This document shows, in pieces, positions 14,622 through 31,654 of a stretch of DNA of 64,000 nucleotides. Under the pieces are notes generated by a model. The model ran no database searches. It saw only the letters and a list, made by a program, of their open reading frames with translations, and was not told the DNA's origin. Source of the DNA: Octopus sinensis (Eukaryota); contig NC_043003.1 of NCBI RefSeq assembly GCF_006345805.1, forward strand, positions 40,672,001 to 40,736,000, read 5' to 3'. How positions within the stretch are numbered: position 1 is the stretch's first letter; each line of letters starts with the position of its first letter. Position numbers and translations under genes: made by a program.

Positions 14622-15020
14622 ACATACACACACACACACACACACACCATCGCGTGTTCTAATAGTTCAGATGATCAGAACAGCTTGCTCTTGAGGTTAA
14701 TATGCAAGTGGGCGAGCAGTCCTCAGACAGCAATACCTCCAACGTAGTTCTCAGCGAGATCCAACGTGACACAGATTGTGAAAAGGATAACCGTTTGAAT
14801 TACAGGTACTACTTATTTTTGTCGCCTAAGTGGACTGAAAACGAATGCAAAAACTTATAATCATGAGCCAAATAACCCTAACTGCTAAGACACGTGGAGG
14901 GAGAGGAATATGTGCATTTAAGATGCGAAACTTGATTTACTGTCCTCTTTTTCAATAAATAATCTATCGCAATTTTGTAATGTCACCAAAAGATCTCTAA
15001 CAAATATATTTACATCATAT

Positions 15021-15055
<35 letters not shown>

Positions 15056-15684
15056 GTCTACGTATCTACCTATACATTTATTTATAAATAGAGACAGACA
15101 CACACACACACACACACACCACACATATGTATATATACTTACGTAAAAACAGGACAGCAAAACAAAATTCGCCTCTTAGATATACATGTCCTCTCTTAAT
15201 TTTTGTATTTATACATACACATACATATACACATACGAACTTACATACATACATATATACGTATATATACATACATACTTACATACATATATGCATACAT
15301 GCATACATACATACATACAATCATACATACATATATATACATATATGTATGTATATATATATATATATATATATCTGTCTACCTATCTACCTATCTCTCT
15401 ATATAATGTAAATAGATATAGATATATGTACACACACACACACACACACATATGTATATATACATACCTCTATATTTGTGTGTGTATGTATGTGTGTCTG
15501 TTTGAGTGTACAGATTTTAAGAAAAAAAAAACAGTTTGGAATTGTATGGGGTTAGTAAGAGAAGTATCTGCAAGAACTACTGAGAGATTAAAGAAAATAA
15601 TATTTATAAAAATTCAGTAAAATAGAAATAGAACTTAAATAATTATCTTCCATCAGATCTTCACACGTTTTAAGAACATATATC

Positions 15685-17442
<1,758 letters not shown>

Positions 17443-17464
17443 TGTATATATATATACAGAGACA

Positions 17465-17495
<31 letters not shown>

Positions 17496-17619
17496 TTATA
17501 TATAGGGAGACACGGACAGACAGACAGACAGATCGATAGATAAACAGATAGACTGACAGATACTTAGATAGATAGATAGATAGATAGATAGATATATAGA
17601 TATATATATATATATATAT

Positions 17620-17691
<72 letters not shown>

Positions 17692-17759
17692 TCTATATAG
17701 CTGTAGGGACAAGATGTGTTAGTATTTCAACGATGTTGCTCCATATTCTTGCACTGAAT

Positions 17760-19108
17760 ATACTGCTATATGATGAAGCTGAAGACATGCGCTGCAAATC
17801 ATCTTATTTTAGAACTAAAATACTCCAAATAATGTAGGAAATGGTCAACAGAAAATACACTTTGAGATTAAACATACAATTTACAGCTACAATCTACGTT
17901 ATTCTATCCACCGTAGTAAAAAAAGAAAAGCAATACAGAAGACAAGGCACCAACAACGAATATTCACAGTGATCAGTGGCAATTAAACTTTGATCAAACA
18001 GCGACTTTGAATCCAAATAATCGATATATTTCAAGGAAATATATTCATAAAACTGAAGAGCCATCAGGCAGAAGAATATAAACATGATACTAAAAATGAA
18101 GAAACATAAGAAAAATGCAAAACCCAGACAGTAACAATACATTTAATTTTATTATAAAGTATCATTTATTTGAGAAGAATGGAAAAGCTAAATCATAAAG
18201 ACAAAATTAATGCAGGCAAAACAAACAAGCTGAATAAAAAACAGGAATATTAAAGTCTACCATACTTACAGAGTGTTAACCAAGAAAAGCTGAATCAACC
18301 TAGGACTACGCCATTGAAAATATGAATAAAACTTGATGTGAGAAATATTTAAGAAGAGAGAATTCTAAAGATAGTATATTTAAGTATAACAATAATTTAA
18401 AAGTGAAAATAGCTAAAGAATTAAAATCAATAGATCTTCCTGTAGGCTAACATAATGCCATTCTGAATATAAAACATAGCGACAAGTATCAATAGCAATA
18501 TAGAGCATCCAACTGCCTATCGTATGCTTAAGGAGAAATGAATTAAATTGCGCAACAGACGGAGTATTTCCTTTGAGTTATTGAAAGAACAGTAACTATG
18601 AGTTAATCAGCAGGGGAAACAACAATGTAAAGATAGAAAATAAACGAAAGATCTAATCTTAAATGAAATTCGACATATATAAGATAAAAATAATAACACA
18701 GTGTGACAAATGTTACTGAAGACTAAATGAGAATATGTAAGCCTTGCTATGTCGCAACGAATCAATCACCATGAAAAAAGTCGTCAATTTTTGATAATAT
18801 ATGTAATTTCGACAAATTAGAAAATAATTTTAAGTCGGGAAACACAAAAAATGAAATTAATGCAGTGCTAACAAGTAGGGAAATGAAACAATTCTGGGGA
18901 AAATATAGTAAAGGATTACTTCAGACGAAATTGCAAATTATACGTGCAACACTTCAGGAATTGGAGGAAGGTATCTAAACTCCAGAAGTTCTTCAAGAGA
19001 AAAACTTGAAAAAAACATGGATGCAATGATAAACGTCCAGGCTTCCAGTTTAAATATTTGAATAATGTTTAGTATTTTTCAAAAGCATACAAAATGCTTA
19101 AGGATATA

Positions 19109-19154
<46 letters not shown>

Positions 19155-20740
19155 TATTTTTGAAACGAAAATAAGAACCTCTAAAACTCAGAACAACACC
19201 TAAATGTATCACCGATAGGAAACACGCTTAATCTCAAAGATCAAAGAAATAAAATGCTTCAAACTACAGACCCATATCTTGCGCTTCACAGAAACAATAT
19301 TGCAGAAGATAAATGTTCACATAAATAAAGAATAGGATTTGTTTCTAGAATATCAGAACTGTTGCTTTGATGATTCATATTGTCGTAAAGATCAAAATGT
19401 TGTGCAATGAAGTTATTTTCAAAAATTGTAGATAAAAAAAAATGGATATGAGAATGACCTGTATTGGTTGACAGAATGCTTCTGAAATTGTTTATTATCG
19501 GTAGACTCAGCGTGCATTTACGTTATTGCATCAAATATCAAATCCGTCGTAAATTAATGCCAAAATATTCTGCACAGTGAAGCAGAAAAAGGGAATTATG
19601 AAATTCAAATCACAACTGTTACAGGATAGGGATATAGCAAAAGTTCTTCTTACCACTCTTTTTTCCCCATCATTCATATAATTACCCGCACCAAATTAGG
19701 ACGAAATTGTCATTGGATGACCTAAATATACATACCTGGAAACACTCTTGCAAATAATGCACTGATTCATGAGAAACATTGACATAAAATATGTCTTAAA
19801 CAAATGTGCCCAGAGACAATCATGAAAGAATGGAAAAAATATATGAAAAACAAAAATCAGACATTCCAATACACATATCAATGAATTATGCAGAGGACAA
19901 TATACACAAATGAAAGAAAAAGGAGAAGCGAATTCTTTAGAAGTATTAAATAAATATATTTGCGAAAAATATATCAGTATTCTAGATACCCCAGAAAACT
20001 AATGTCTTCATTTAGAAGACTTTGACCAAAAGCTGCCGAGAATACAGCGAAATAAGATTTTGGGAAACCAGAATTTTAATATGAAATTTTGGCTGGCTGT
20101 AGGAGTACAAACTGAATTAATATACTAAAAAAGAAACGAATATAAATAACTATTCCAAAAAATAATAGAAAACTGTCTTTTGTCTAAAATATTTCTGATA
20201 TGTTGGACTGACGTATCATAAGGCAAAGGCCAGAAGGTACCAAAACCATACGATGGGGCAGAATACGAAAAATAACATGATGGAAAGTGGAGGTTATGAA
20301 GAAATATTTAATTCCTTTGTTTCTGGCATTCTATTCTAACCCAGAAGAGAGTATATATGATATAGCTACAGAAATGAGCAATTGTGGATGTAATAATATA
20401 CAACAAAAACTAAGAAGAATATAACGTAGACTGTAACAAACTAGGAAGTAAAATAAAAAGTATTAAAATTGTTCTGTCATGAATGAACCCTAGATATTTA
20501 GAAAGGAAGCTAAGGTAATGGACATCTGTAAGAAAAATGAGGAATATCATAAGACAGGCAACTGAAAGGTTAAATTCAAAACGTAAAAGGAAACTCCAAA
20601 TGTGTTAGGAGAAGAATGTGTCAAGAAACATCTCTACAAAAACTAATCAGCGTGAAAACTGCTGGACTCACACTCCGAGTCCTAAAGGAGCGATCGCAGC
20701 GAAGATTTACAACTAGAAATACTGTAGTACACAAGCAACT
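17760..20740 (+). pseudogene. Decayed R4/Dong-like (RLE-type) LINE; RT domain about 19150-19760; boundaries approximate
   Basis: A-rich strand with degenerate RT motifs in order: NYRPISC (19262), KDQ (19386), GI.Q..LSPLF-like (19635), LDDLNI resembling MDDLKLY (19726). Confidence 0.6.
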
Positions 20741-20810
20741 TGAATATAATTGATAGTCTTGTGTCTGGATGCCGAAGCTTAGTGAAAACTGAATATATAT
20801 ATGTCAGACA

Positions 20811-20853
20811 TCTGTAGACATGTTTCAGGGTAGTTGCCCTTTATCAATGCAGA
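20811..20853 (-). ncRNA. Degenerate minimal type I hammerhead ribozyme of a PLE terminus
   Basis: Reverse complement TCTGCA-TTGATAA-AGGG-CAACTA-CCC-T-GAAAC-AT-GTC-TACAGA: stem I 5/6 bp, stem II GGG/CCC, palindromic ACATGT stem III, GUC site. Core carries C3U and G8A changes. Confidence 0.65.
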
Positions 20854-20974
20854 GTAGCCAGACCCAGCAGGTGTCGCTACCGACCGTCTGTTCGAAGGAT
20901 TTATTTACCTAATTTCAGTGGAATACATCCACCTGTTTTCAATAACAGAAATATTAAAATTTCTAAGTCTCTCT

Positions 20975-21135
20975 GAAACTTGTCTGCAGATGTCTGACCA
21001 GCAAGGTGAAGCGGCTGACCTTCCCTGTTCGAAGGTTATAATGGACGCAGGTTTGTGTATCATATAGCTATCTAGGGGCGATGGCCTCTTGGAGCTAATC
21101 AGCGGCAGCTTTAGTCTTATATTTATAGACTACCA
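20975..21135 (+). mobile_element. PLE pLTR 3' fragment, inverted relative to the 20811-20853 copy
   Basis: GAAACTTGTCTGCAGATGTCTGAC matches the reverse complement of 20803-20826; the downstream part is homologous to 2-180. Confidence 0.55.
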
Positions 21136-21704
21136 TATTAGCTTGGCGATAACTATTAATATCCAGTAACGCTGCCGTAATCTCCTTTAGAGAGACTTAG
21201 AAATGCTGGATTGCATTTAATTGGATGTATCTTTCGTTAGTGTTTTCGTTGTTTTTTAATTGCAATTGATGTATGATTGAATAGTTAACGTTCACGTTCA
21301 TAATACATAGATATTTGAATTACTTTTTTTCAATCCAGCCGCCCTTTCACACGGAATTTAGTCTATCTATAAGCCATCACTCTGAAGTGACTTATATATT
21401 ATAAGGGAAATGTTATTATGTATGTATATCAGAAAATGTATATAAGTCGAAACAATTTGTTGGCCTTTTGTTTTTTTTGATAATTTTTTATGTTATATAA
21501 TATTATGTTATATTATATTCATAATATATCATGTAATATCATAATATAGATAAATTATTGGATTGTCAATAGAATATCTCTATTTAATTTATGTTTGTAA
21601 ATTGCATTATACCAATATTTATATGGTATTCAACAGACGTATCAGTGAATTAGATGTTTAACACACCCCTTTGAAGGAATTCTTTTCCTCAGCTTGTTAC
21701 TATA

Positions 21705-21849
<145 letters not shown>

Positions 21850-21867
21850 TATATATATATATATAAT

Positions 21868-21898
<31 letters not shown>

Positions 21899-21904
21899 GT
21901 ATAT

Positions 21905-22920
<1,016 letters not shown>

Positions 22921-22929
22921 TGCATTTAT

Positions 22930-23275
22930 ATCTTTTGTCTTCTACTTGTTTCAGTCATTAGCCTGCGGCCAAGTTGGGGCACCGCCGTGAAGACGTTTTG
23001 GTCGAATGAGTCGACCCTAATACTATTGTTTCGTTGTAAATCATAATACTTATGCTATCGGTTTATCTTGCCGAACTGCTAAGTTAGGGATCGTGCACAC
23101 GCACGCACACACACACACCACACACACTCACACACGTGGGGTTTGTTTCAATCCCCTCACAAGGCTTTGTCGACCCGAGGCTATAGTACAAGATTCTTGT
23201 CAAAAGTGACATCAAGTGGGACTGAACCCAAAACCATGTGGTTAGGAGGCAAACTTCTTACCACACAACCACGTT
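22930..23275 (-). mobile_element. SINE family A, diverged
   Basis: Tail cttgtttcagtcatt and head gggactgaaccc...ccacacaacc on the reverse strand. Confidence 0.75.
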
Positions 23276-23304
23276 TGCACCTATAATATTTATGCAAAAA
23301 GTAA

Positions 23305-23710
23305 GGCGGTGAGCTGACAGAAACGTTAGCACGCCGGGCGAAATGCGTAGCCGTATTTCGTTTGCCGTTACGTTCTGAGTTCAAATTCCGCCGTTGTCGA
23401 CTTTGCCTTTCATCCTTTCGGAGTCGATTAATTAAGTACCATTATATCGCACTGTGGTCGATATAATCGACTTAATCCATTTGTCTGTCCTTGTTTATCA
23501 TCTCTGTGTTTAGCCCCTTGCAGGTAGTAAAGAAATAAGTATTGTGTCTGTCTTTTAGTTCTGAGTTCAAATTCCGCCGAAGTCGTCTTTGCTTTTTATC
23601 CTTTCGGGCTCGATAAATTAAGTACCAGTCACTTAATGGAGTCGATCTAATTGACTGTTCCTTCCCCCAAAATTGTTTTAAATGACTGAAACAAGTAAAA
23701 GAGTAAAAGT
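23305..23710 (+). mobile_element. Octopus-type tRNA-derived SINE, family B, with duplicated body and a family A-like tail
   Basis: Head ggcggtgagctgacagaaacgttagcacgccgggcg, GAGTTCAAATTCC B box twice, ends aaatgactgaaacaagtaaaagagtaaaag. Confidence 0.8.
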
Positions 23711-24312
23711 GTAAGCACGAAACAAATGTCATGCAAAGACGAATGTCATGAGTAAAGCCTAGTAATTTCTATCCTTGTGTTATATTATTCTTATATACAT
23801 ATTCATAAATGTGCGTATGCTAATGTGTGTCTATGTATCCATATGGGTACGTGTACACACACGATCGCACAAATATAATTATGATCATAATTATGCGCCA
23901 GTTTGTGGTCTGCCCGGCATGGACGAAATAGCCATAGAAAAGAGCGGCCGAAAATATTCACCAGAACAATTGTTTCAGTTTCTGTATACAAAATCCACAC
24001 ACGAGGCTTTGGTCGAGTCGAGACTATAGTACAAGGCATTTCTTCAGAGTGCAACACGGTGGGATTGAATCGGAATATTTGAGATCGGAATATTTGGGTA
24101 AATCGTAGCGATGGTGTCAAGCACAATTTAAGTAAAATTAACGTAGAAGTATCGATTTGGTGAATACATATGATTATTTATACACATACATGCATACGTA
24201 CATACACACAAAAAACACATACACACACATATATATATACATATTATCAATTTATCTCTCTCTCTCTGTTTCCCTATTTTTCTCAAACCCTGTATATATA
24301 TATATGTGGGTG

Positions 24313-24371
<59 letters not shown>

Positions 24372-24441
24372 TATATATATAATATATATATATATATGTA
24401 TATATATATAATATATAATATATACATATATATATACATAC

Positions 24442-24473
<32 letters not shown>

Positions 24474-26109
24474 TATATATATATATATATAATATATATA
24501 TATATTATATATATATATATATAATTATATATATATATATATATACATATAAACGAAACGGTGAAGCTTCTCATGTATAAACACCTCAGTAACAGAAGAT
24601 AACCAAATTGTGAAGAATAAAAATATAAACAACCCCATAGTAGTAGGTGCCTAGGGAGCGATAAAGAAAGAAGCATGTACATACATTACGCGAACGCGTG
24701 GACAGACACATGGTTAAGTTACCAATATAAATTAATATGCTCGGCACATACAATAGAAACACAAGGTATGTTCAGAAGCATAGGATCATACTAAAACAGA
24801 ACGATATAAAAACAAGGCATGTACTTCATGCATACTAACATGCATTTGGTTGTGCAATGAGAGATCAGAATAGAAATAAATCTTCGGGGAGAAAGAGGAT
24901 TCTTAATATGCATAACGATTTTTTTCATAACTGTCATCTTCATGAATATTGTTAGCATCATTCGTACCATCCTCATTCCTCATCCCAATATCGTCAGCAT
25001 CATCGTAATCATATTCATGATCAAATTCCTATCAATTTGGGATGCTACTTCATGATTGAAGCGAGTGGAATTCTGAAGGGGTTGATTAAGCGGTCAATAT
25101 CTTGCGTTACAAATAGAATGTTGCGTAACGAGCATGAAGGAACCATTTACTTTGTCATGCCAACAATACAAAGCCACTAATCTTCACCTTTACTACCAAA
25201 TGTAAATTAATCATAAACGCACAATAATAAAGGTAATTGTTAGCCTGACAATTTGACATGAAATTTATTGTTAAAAACTTATTGTCGTATTTCAAAACTC
25301 TAGCATCATTTCGCATCAGATTATACTAATTTGCAACATTTTTTCTAGCCCGTCTTCGATGAATGTTCCTTGTGCTCGTTAGCGTTTGCCTTCCTTTAAC
25401 ACTAATTTCTAACTTCACAATGATGCATTTCTGCGTTACACCTAAATACTGTAAGTGGATGCTGTCTTGGGAAAGGGAATAGACAGAGTTAATGCAGTAC
25501 TCATAATACCTAAACTAGATAGAATGTGTTCAAAGCCTCAGCAGGGTCAAGGTTGAGCAAGTATCTATTCATGTATGCAGCGGTTGTGCATGCATCTACA
25601 TCTCTGCTCTCCACGTCACCAATATTCATCGAAGGCAATGACCTCAGATATGGGCCGAAACATCTTGGCGCTTAGTGTCAAGGGAGGCGCTGTTGTCTGG
25701 ACGCAAAAAGCCAGAACAGATAAAGTAATGTCACTTGCCCAACTTACTAACGTTTTTGGCTGTCCACTAACCTGGACACGTATATATTTTTATCGATCCC
25801 GAATAGGTGAAATGCAATGCTGACGTCGGCGGGGTTTGAACTCAGTGTAGGGTATAAGGATAAGTATAGAGATGCATTCTCTTCAACGCTCTAATGACCC
25901 TGCCAACTAAACGCCTTGGTATGAAGGATCTTGCATGAATCATAGATCTGAGTGATGTTGTGTACTTCGAAATAAATAGCAGTCATCTGCAAAACAGTCT
26001 CAATAATATGCTATCAGTGGGAAAACTTATAGCATATGGGCATTATGTTTCATTAAGTGCTAACAAAATTTTCCCGAACAAGCTATTTTCAATAAAAATA
26101 CTTTATTTA

Positions 26110-26882
26110 CCTAAGTTTTAACATCATCTCCTTCGAAATAGTAGCTTTGCGCAGAAATACACCGGTTCCATTGCACCTGGCACCTTTAGAATCGGGCCTG
26201 GAAATCGTTTTCCGTAAGCGAGTCGATGACCTTCTGTGATTCGTTCTTGATCTCGACAACTGTATTAACACAGCGACCTTTGAACTGGAATAGGGTGGGT
26301 GTGGACGCGATACCATTTTATGGCGAGAGACTAACGAGAGAGGCGAGCTTGGTGGCAGGGTGCACTGTCGTCGGAAAAAATCCAGTTCTTCACACTCTAC
26401 AGATCCGGTCGCTTTCGCCGAATGTCTTCCCTCAAAGTCTTCAAAACGTCGTTGATTGTCCTTCGATGATTCTCTCACAAAAACTGATGAAATTCCCCGC
26501 ATTTCCGGAGGTGGCGCTCGTGACAGGTCATATAAATCGCTTGTCATCTTTCAGGGACGTTCTTCCGGTTTTGAAGCGCCCGTGCCACTTGAATCATTGC
26601 GTACAACCAATTGCCTCATCGCAGAAGCATACTCAATGTCTGTTGCAGACTTTCCAAGTTTAACGCAAAATTTCACGTTGATTCTTTCTTCCAGCTTCCT
26701 GTCCACGATAAAAATTGCGACTGCAGCATGATCACAAAAGCACAAATCTCACAAGTTGCGAGGTAAACACAATGATGTCATCCCTCATGACGTCACTGCA
26801 AGCTCTCACTGTCACGCACCCGTGTGCTGCCGTCTGTTGGGGCGCTACAGATCTAGGCCAAGAATATTTTGATACCACCTCG
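26110..26882 (-). mobile_element. Internally deleted, 3'-truncated mariner (DD34D-type) element
   Basis: 5' TIR TA-CGAGGTGGTATCAAAA at 26882. Minus-strand fragments EERINVKFCVKLGKSAT, KRPDL, DDSAPCH and PHPPYS are mariner transposase motifs. Second TIR not found. Confidence 0.8.
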
Positions 26883-26909
26883 TACATGTATGTTAATGGT
26901 ATACAGTAT

Positions 26910-26960
<51 letters not shown>

Positions 26961-28028
26961 ATATATATATATATATATGTGCATGTATGTATGTATATAT
27001 GTATGTATATACAAATATAATTCAAAGTAGTTATAAAATAAGATGCTTTTATATATCGTGTTATTGCCAGTTAAAACTCTGCAGATCAGATAATAAAGGT
27101 TGAAATATAGTCTAGCCTTGAAGAGAAGGGCTAGTGCTCGGGATGTGCTTTCGCCAGGAGTGATTTCCTGTGACAGTATATCCCAGCACTTGGAGCGAAT
27201 GGATGGGCTCTAGTTGAATGTCACTCAAGTTTAGATGGGTGCAATGGTGCCTTTTTCAGATCAGTAATTCTTTTAGTTGTTAACCCATATATACATACGT
27301 ACATACATACATACATACATACATATACACATACATACATACATACATATATATACACACACAAATCTATACCTATATGTATATCGATATATATTTACAC
27401 ATATATACCTGTATGTATACTGTGAATATTTATGAACATATATGCAAATCTATATAAAAATATATATACATATGAACTATATTTTGTATAAATAGTGTGA
27501 GTATATGTATGTGTATATACACAAACACTCCCGAATATGCATATACAAATACATACCTATTCTTGGATGATATATTAATACTTTGTTTTTAATTATGTAT
27601 TTACAAAATAATCTTTTTTTATAAATATATTAAACAACAACATTATACTCGCTGCTACAGCTGTGATAATGAAATATATTCCCTAGCTGTTTAAACAAAA
27701 TAGACAGTATGTAAGTAAGATGTACGTAGAATTTACAAAGGAAAGAGATAAAAGAATTTTTTTCTAGACGTCTTAGAAAGCTGCATGAAGATATAAAATT
27801 CCTTCCTTATAACTATTCCAGAATTTATTTTTTTGAAAGAATATACTTATGTGTAGGACATGTTGTTATGTTCCAAAGCTTATTCGCAATAATTCTATTT
27901 GTGTTATCATATGTAAGGAACGTATGTTTGTATGTTTGTATGTAGGTATGTAGGTATGTGTGTATATCTATCTATCAATCTATTTCTGCCTCTCTCTCTC
28001 TGTATGTATATATATATACATACATACA

Positions 28029-28064
28029 TATACTGCACGACTTATTAACTATACATGTCCAGAC

Positions 28065-28153
<89 letters not shown>

Positions 28154-28182
28154 CATATATAGTTAATAAATCGTGCAGTATA
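28029..28182. repeat. 32-bp inverted repeat enclosing a (TA)n tract
   Basis: tatactgcacgacttattaactatacatgtcc vs reverse complement of 28151-28182 tatactgcacgatttattaactatatatgttc (3 mismatches). Confidence 0.9.
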
Positions 28183-28475
28183 CAATGCACCCGGTAGTTT
28201 GCCGATATAGCAAGTTCACTGGCTCAGCGTTCGTTGGGTATGTAATTAATAAGAGAGTCAGTCGACGGAAGATAAGAACCTTTATTGCTCACCACAATCG
28301 TTTCAACTATCCTAGCACCGATCCCTCGCGGTTGTTATGCTGCAAAACTGGTTTAGGTGTATACGTCGGTGTATATGTGTTTCCTCAGATGATTTCAAGA
28401 GGTATCTCGTTAAAGTAAACTCTGTTACAACTTATTACTGCATGTTTTCTTCTTGGACTTCATTCTTATAGAAGA

Positions 28476-28989
28476 CTAGCAGTATCGCCCGACGTTGCTC
28501 GGGTTTGTAAGGGAAATAACTATATAAGCATTTTTAGAGAGTTACTTCCCTTATATATGCCAATTCGGGCTTTCTTAGCCATTTCTGTTTTGGTGTCTTC
28601 AAGCCATGAAGTCGTTGTTCTAAAAGAACGCTGGTCTCCTTGACAATGCTTTACGACGTTGATTTCCTTACACTCCCTTCCCCACAGCTTCACGAGGGAG
28701 GGAAGAAGGGGGAGAAGCAAACAGGTGCAGATGTGAGCGTGGACGCCAACTCCGCCGCCATCGACACACGAAAAATTATGCATTAAAATGGAATAAAAAA
28801 TGATGTTAAATTATTTTTAAAATCGTAGACTCATCGTAGACGCGCGCTAATACCCAGACGGGCTCGATATGAATCACGACTATAAGTTACCCGCATTTGG
28901 TTAAACTGCACCGCAAAATGTGGGAGTAGTTAGGAATCTAAATCGAAGGGGACAGACACTCACACAACTACAGTTTTATATATATAGAT
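28476..28989 (+). mobile_element. Non-autonomous Helentron/HINE (DINE-1-like) element
   Basis: 5' ctagc...CCCGAcgttgcTCGGG hairpin (28488-28503) and 3' gacagac...ttttatatatatagat terminus, both typical of HINEs. Confidence 0.7.
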
Positions 28990-29308
28990 GACTAACAAAA
29001 TGAGCTACAAAATTAAACAAGTTCTCAGTAAAACAAAAAAAATTATATATTTTTATATATGTATAAGTATATATATATGTGTGTGTGTGTGTTTGTGTGT
29101 GTTTGCGTGTGTGTTCATACACACGCATACACACACTCACACGTATGTATTTAAGAAACACACATGAACAAGTTTACAATGTATATTAATATTGAGTTCT
29201 GGGACAAATGCCAAAGAGGTAAATCAATAATCATGTTTGCATAGACGAAAGATTTGAAATCAGTACCTAAGTCTCTTTCAAAGCATTCCTAGCCGTTGTG
29301 CTTGTTAT

Positions 29309-29348
<40 letters not shown>

Positions 29349-29639
29349 GATGAATGAAGATGATGATGATGACGACGATAATGATAATGATAACGATGCT
29401 AATGATGATGATGATGATGATGACGACGACCGTGGCGGCAATGACAATGATGACAAGAAATCTGGTGAATATAGGAAAGCTGTAGGTGATTTGGGAATTC
29501 CAAACGCATAGCAATACCAAGTAATTAGTATGCATTTTTGAAACGAAACACAATACAGATAATAGAACGTGAAGCAAAGTCGGTTGCATCAGAATGGTCA
29601 AGAAAGGAATGGGGAGTACGCAGTTCAAGAATGTCTGAT

Positions 29640-29822
29640 AGGTTGTAATATGCGTACGTTCTGAGTTCAAATTCCACCAATGTCGACTTTGCCTTTCATC
29701 CGTTCGGGTTCGATTAAATAAGTACCAGTTACGCACTGGTTCGATGTAATCGACTTAATCTCTTTGTCTGTTCTTGTTTGTCCCCTCAATGCTTAGCCCC
29801 CTGTGGGCAATAAAGAAATAAA
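29640..29822 (+). mobile_element. SINE family B, 5'-truncated
   Basis: cgttctgagttcaaattcc...gtgggcaataaagaaata. Confidence 0.8.
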
Positions 29823-31654
29823 TATGCGTTAAAATACCGAGTCCTCAATAGACTACTTGTATTAAGACGTTGGTGTATGAAAATTTGTTTATTGATTTTC
29901 ATTCGTTGAGATGTACTCAAGATTATTCATCTGTAGGACCAGCACAATTGCAAGCATTTATGTAATACTCTAATGTAGGAGTGTGTTTGTGCTTTAAGAA
30001 ATGGACAAAACTGGTTCTAAAAATGAGAGTTTATCTGATTATATTGCTGATACAGTGATAGAACAAAATTACATAAACAGCTTATCAATTCAATCATTCA
30101 TTCATCTATTCATCCCTTTATGGTATCTCTAGTGCCTATAGTAATCGGCCTGAGCTCCTAGAGATTATATAAGCAGGCATTTGTGATATAATGTGAAATA
30201 TCCACAAGCCTCATCATAATGTCAAATATCCACAAGCCTCATCCAGAAGCGGTCATCTGCGGATCAGAAAGTCCGTCGAGTTCTGCCACTAAATGTTCTG
30301 TGGTCTCTGATAGTACCCTTGACTTATCAGAATCTTGTTAATCGCTGTTTTCACGTTATCTTTATTACTAAACCCTATAAACCTGCACACAAGAATTACC
30401 ATAGGGCAGTCAGTCATTCGGATCCGGTGAACACATAACACATGATATTGCGGGAAAGCGAAAGCTTAAATAACTCTAGACACTCCTGTTCAGAGGGTTT
30501 TAGCAGAATTATTCTGAGGTTCATTAAAAGAGTATGTGAAACCATTGCTAGGACTCAATGTATTTTATAAACATCAGATATAGTAGCTAAATAAACTTAG
30601 CCGAGAGGACAGCAACAATAAATCTAATACTCCGTAGTAACAAGGTTAATTCCACAAAAGTAAAGAGAAACCATGTCGATTACATTGATCTCAGGACCCA
30701 ATTAGTACACATTTACTTCGATCAGGAAATATATAAGATAAAGGTGACTCTACTTGGATTTCAAATCTGAACAGATAGGGATGCGACTAAATACTGCAAA
30801 GTTATCTGATCACAGATTTATCGATTTTACAGCACACAACACGTTTACTCTGGTACTGGGCAAAAGTAATAATTTGTAACTTAGACAAGTAGTATTTGGT
30901 GGTATTTGTTTTGTTGACTACAGTAGTATGAAAAGTAGTCGAACCCAACGGGGCTTTATAACTGAGCGTAAAGGGAGTTAACTAAATGCCTGCTGGTATT
31001 TTATTTAGCACTACTGATCCTGTCAAACATAGCATTATCGAATTCAGGATTTCACATAAAATAATAAAACTGAAAACATTTTTGTTTCCCTTCAACCTTT
31101 CTAAAGTAGTCATGAGAATTTTGTCCTTTCCGGCTATCTACTTTAGCTCCATGAATCTTTAAATCTCTTCTCCTTATAATCCTAAAGCCTTCACGAACTT
31201 AAAAAAATTATTAGCTTTTTACTTTTTTAGCACACAGTATTACCACTCATATTCACTTCTCATAAAACTTGCTAGAAGGATTATCAAATTTTATGAGTTT
31301 AATTTCAAATTCCAATGAAACTTTCGGCTAAAGGTTATATTAAAGGTGGTGGTTTCTATTCTGAAGTACTTTCAGCGTCTCTCACGTATAACCTTATGGC
31401 ACAATTATAAATAAGAGCTTCAGATTGGATGTGCTTACTTCTCGTAAATACAAGTAAAGCCTCTGCAAACGTACAATATCTCTATAGGAGATGACCAAAG
31501 AAAACCGGTTGGTTGGAATGCCATTGATCCTAAGCCTGGTGGACCACGGCAACGATTAGATTATCATCGACACTTTTACCTTTACCTCCTACTTCCCCTT
31601 CTTTCTCACCTTTCAATCAACATTATTAATATCCCTCACTCCTGCGCTTCTTTA

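Noticed and set aside
24860-25060. Acidic peptide on the minus strand (EFDHEYDYDDADD...) and D-rich ORF 29296-29511
   Set aside because: Decayed (GAT)n microsatellites bounded by stops.
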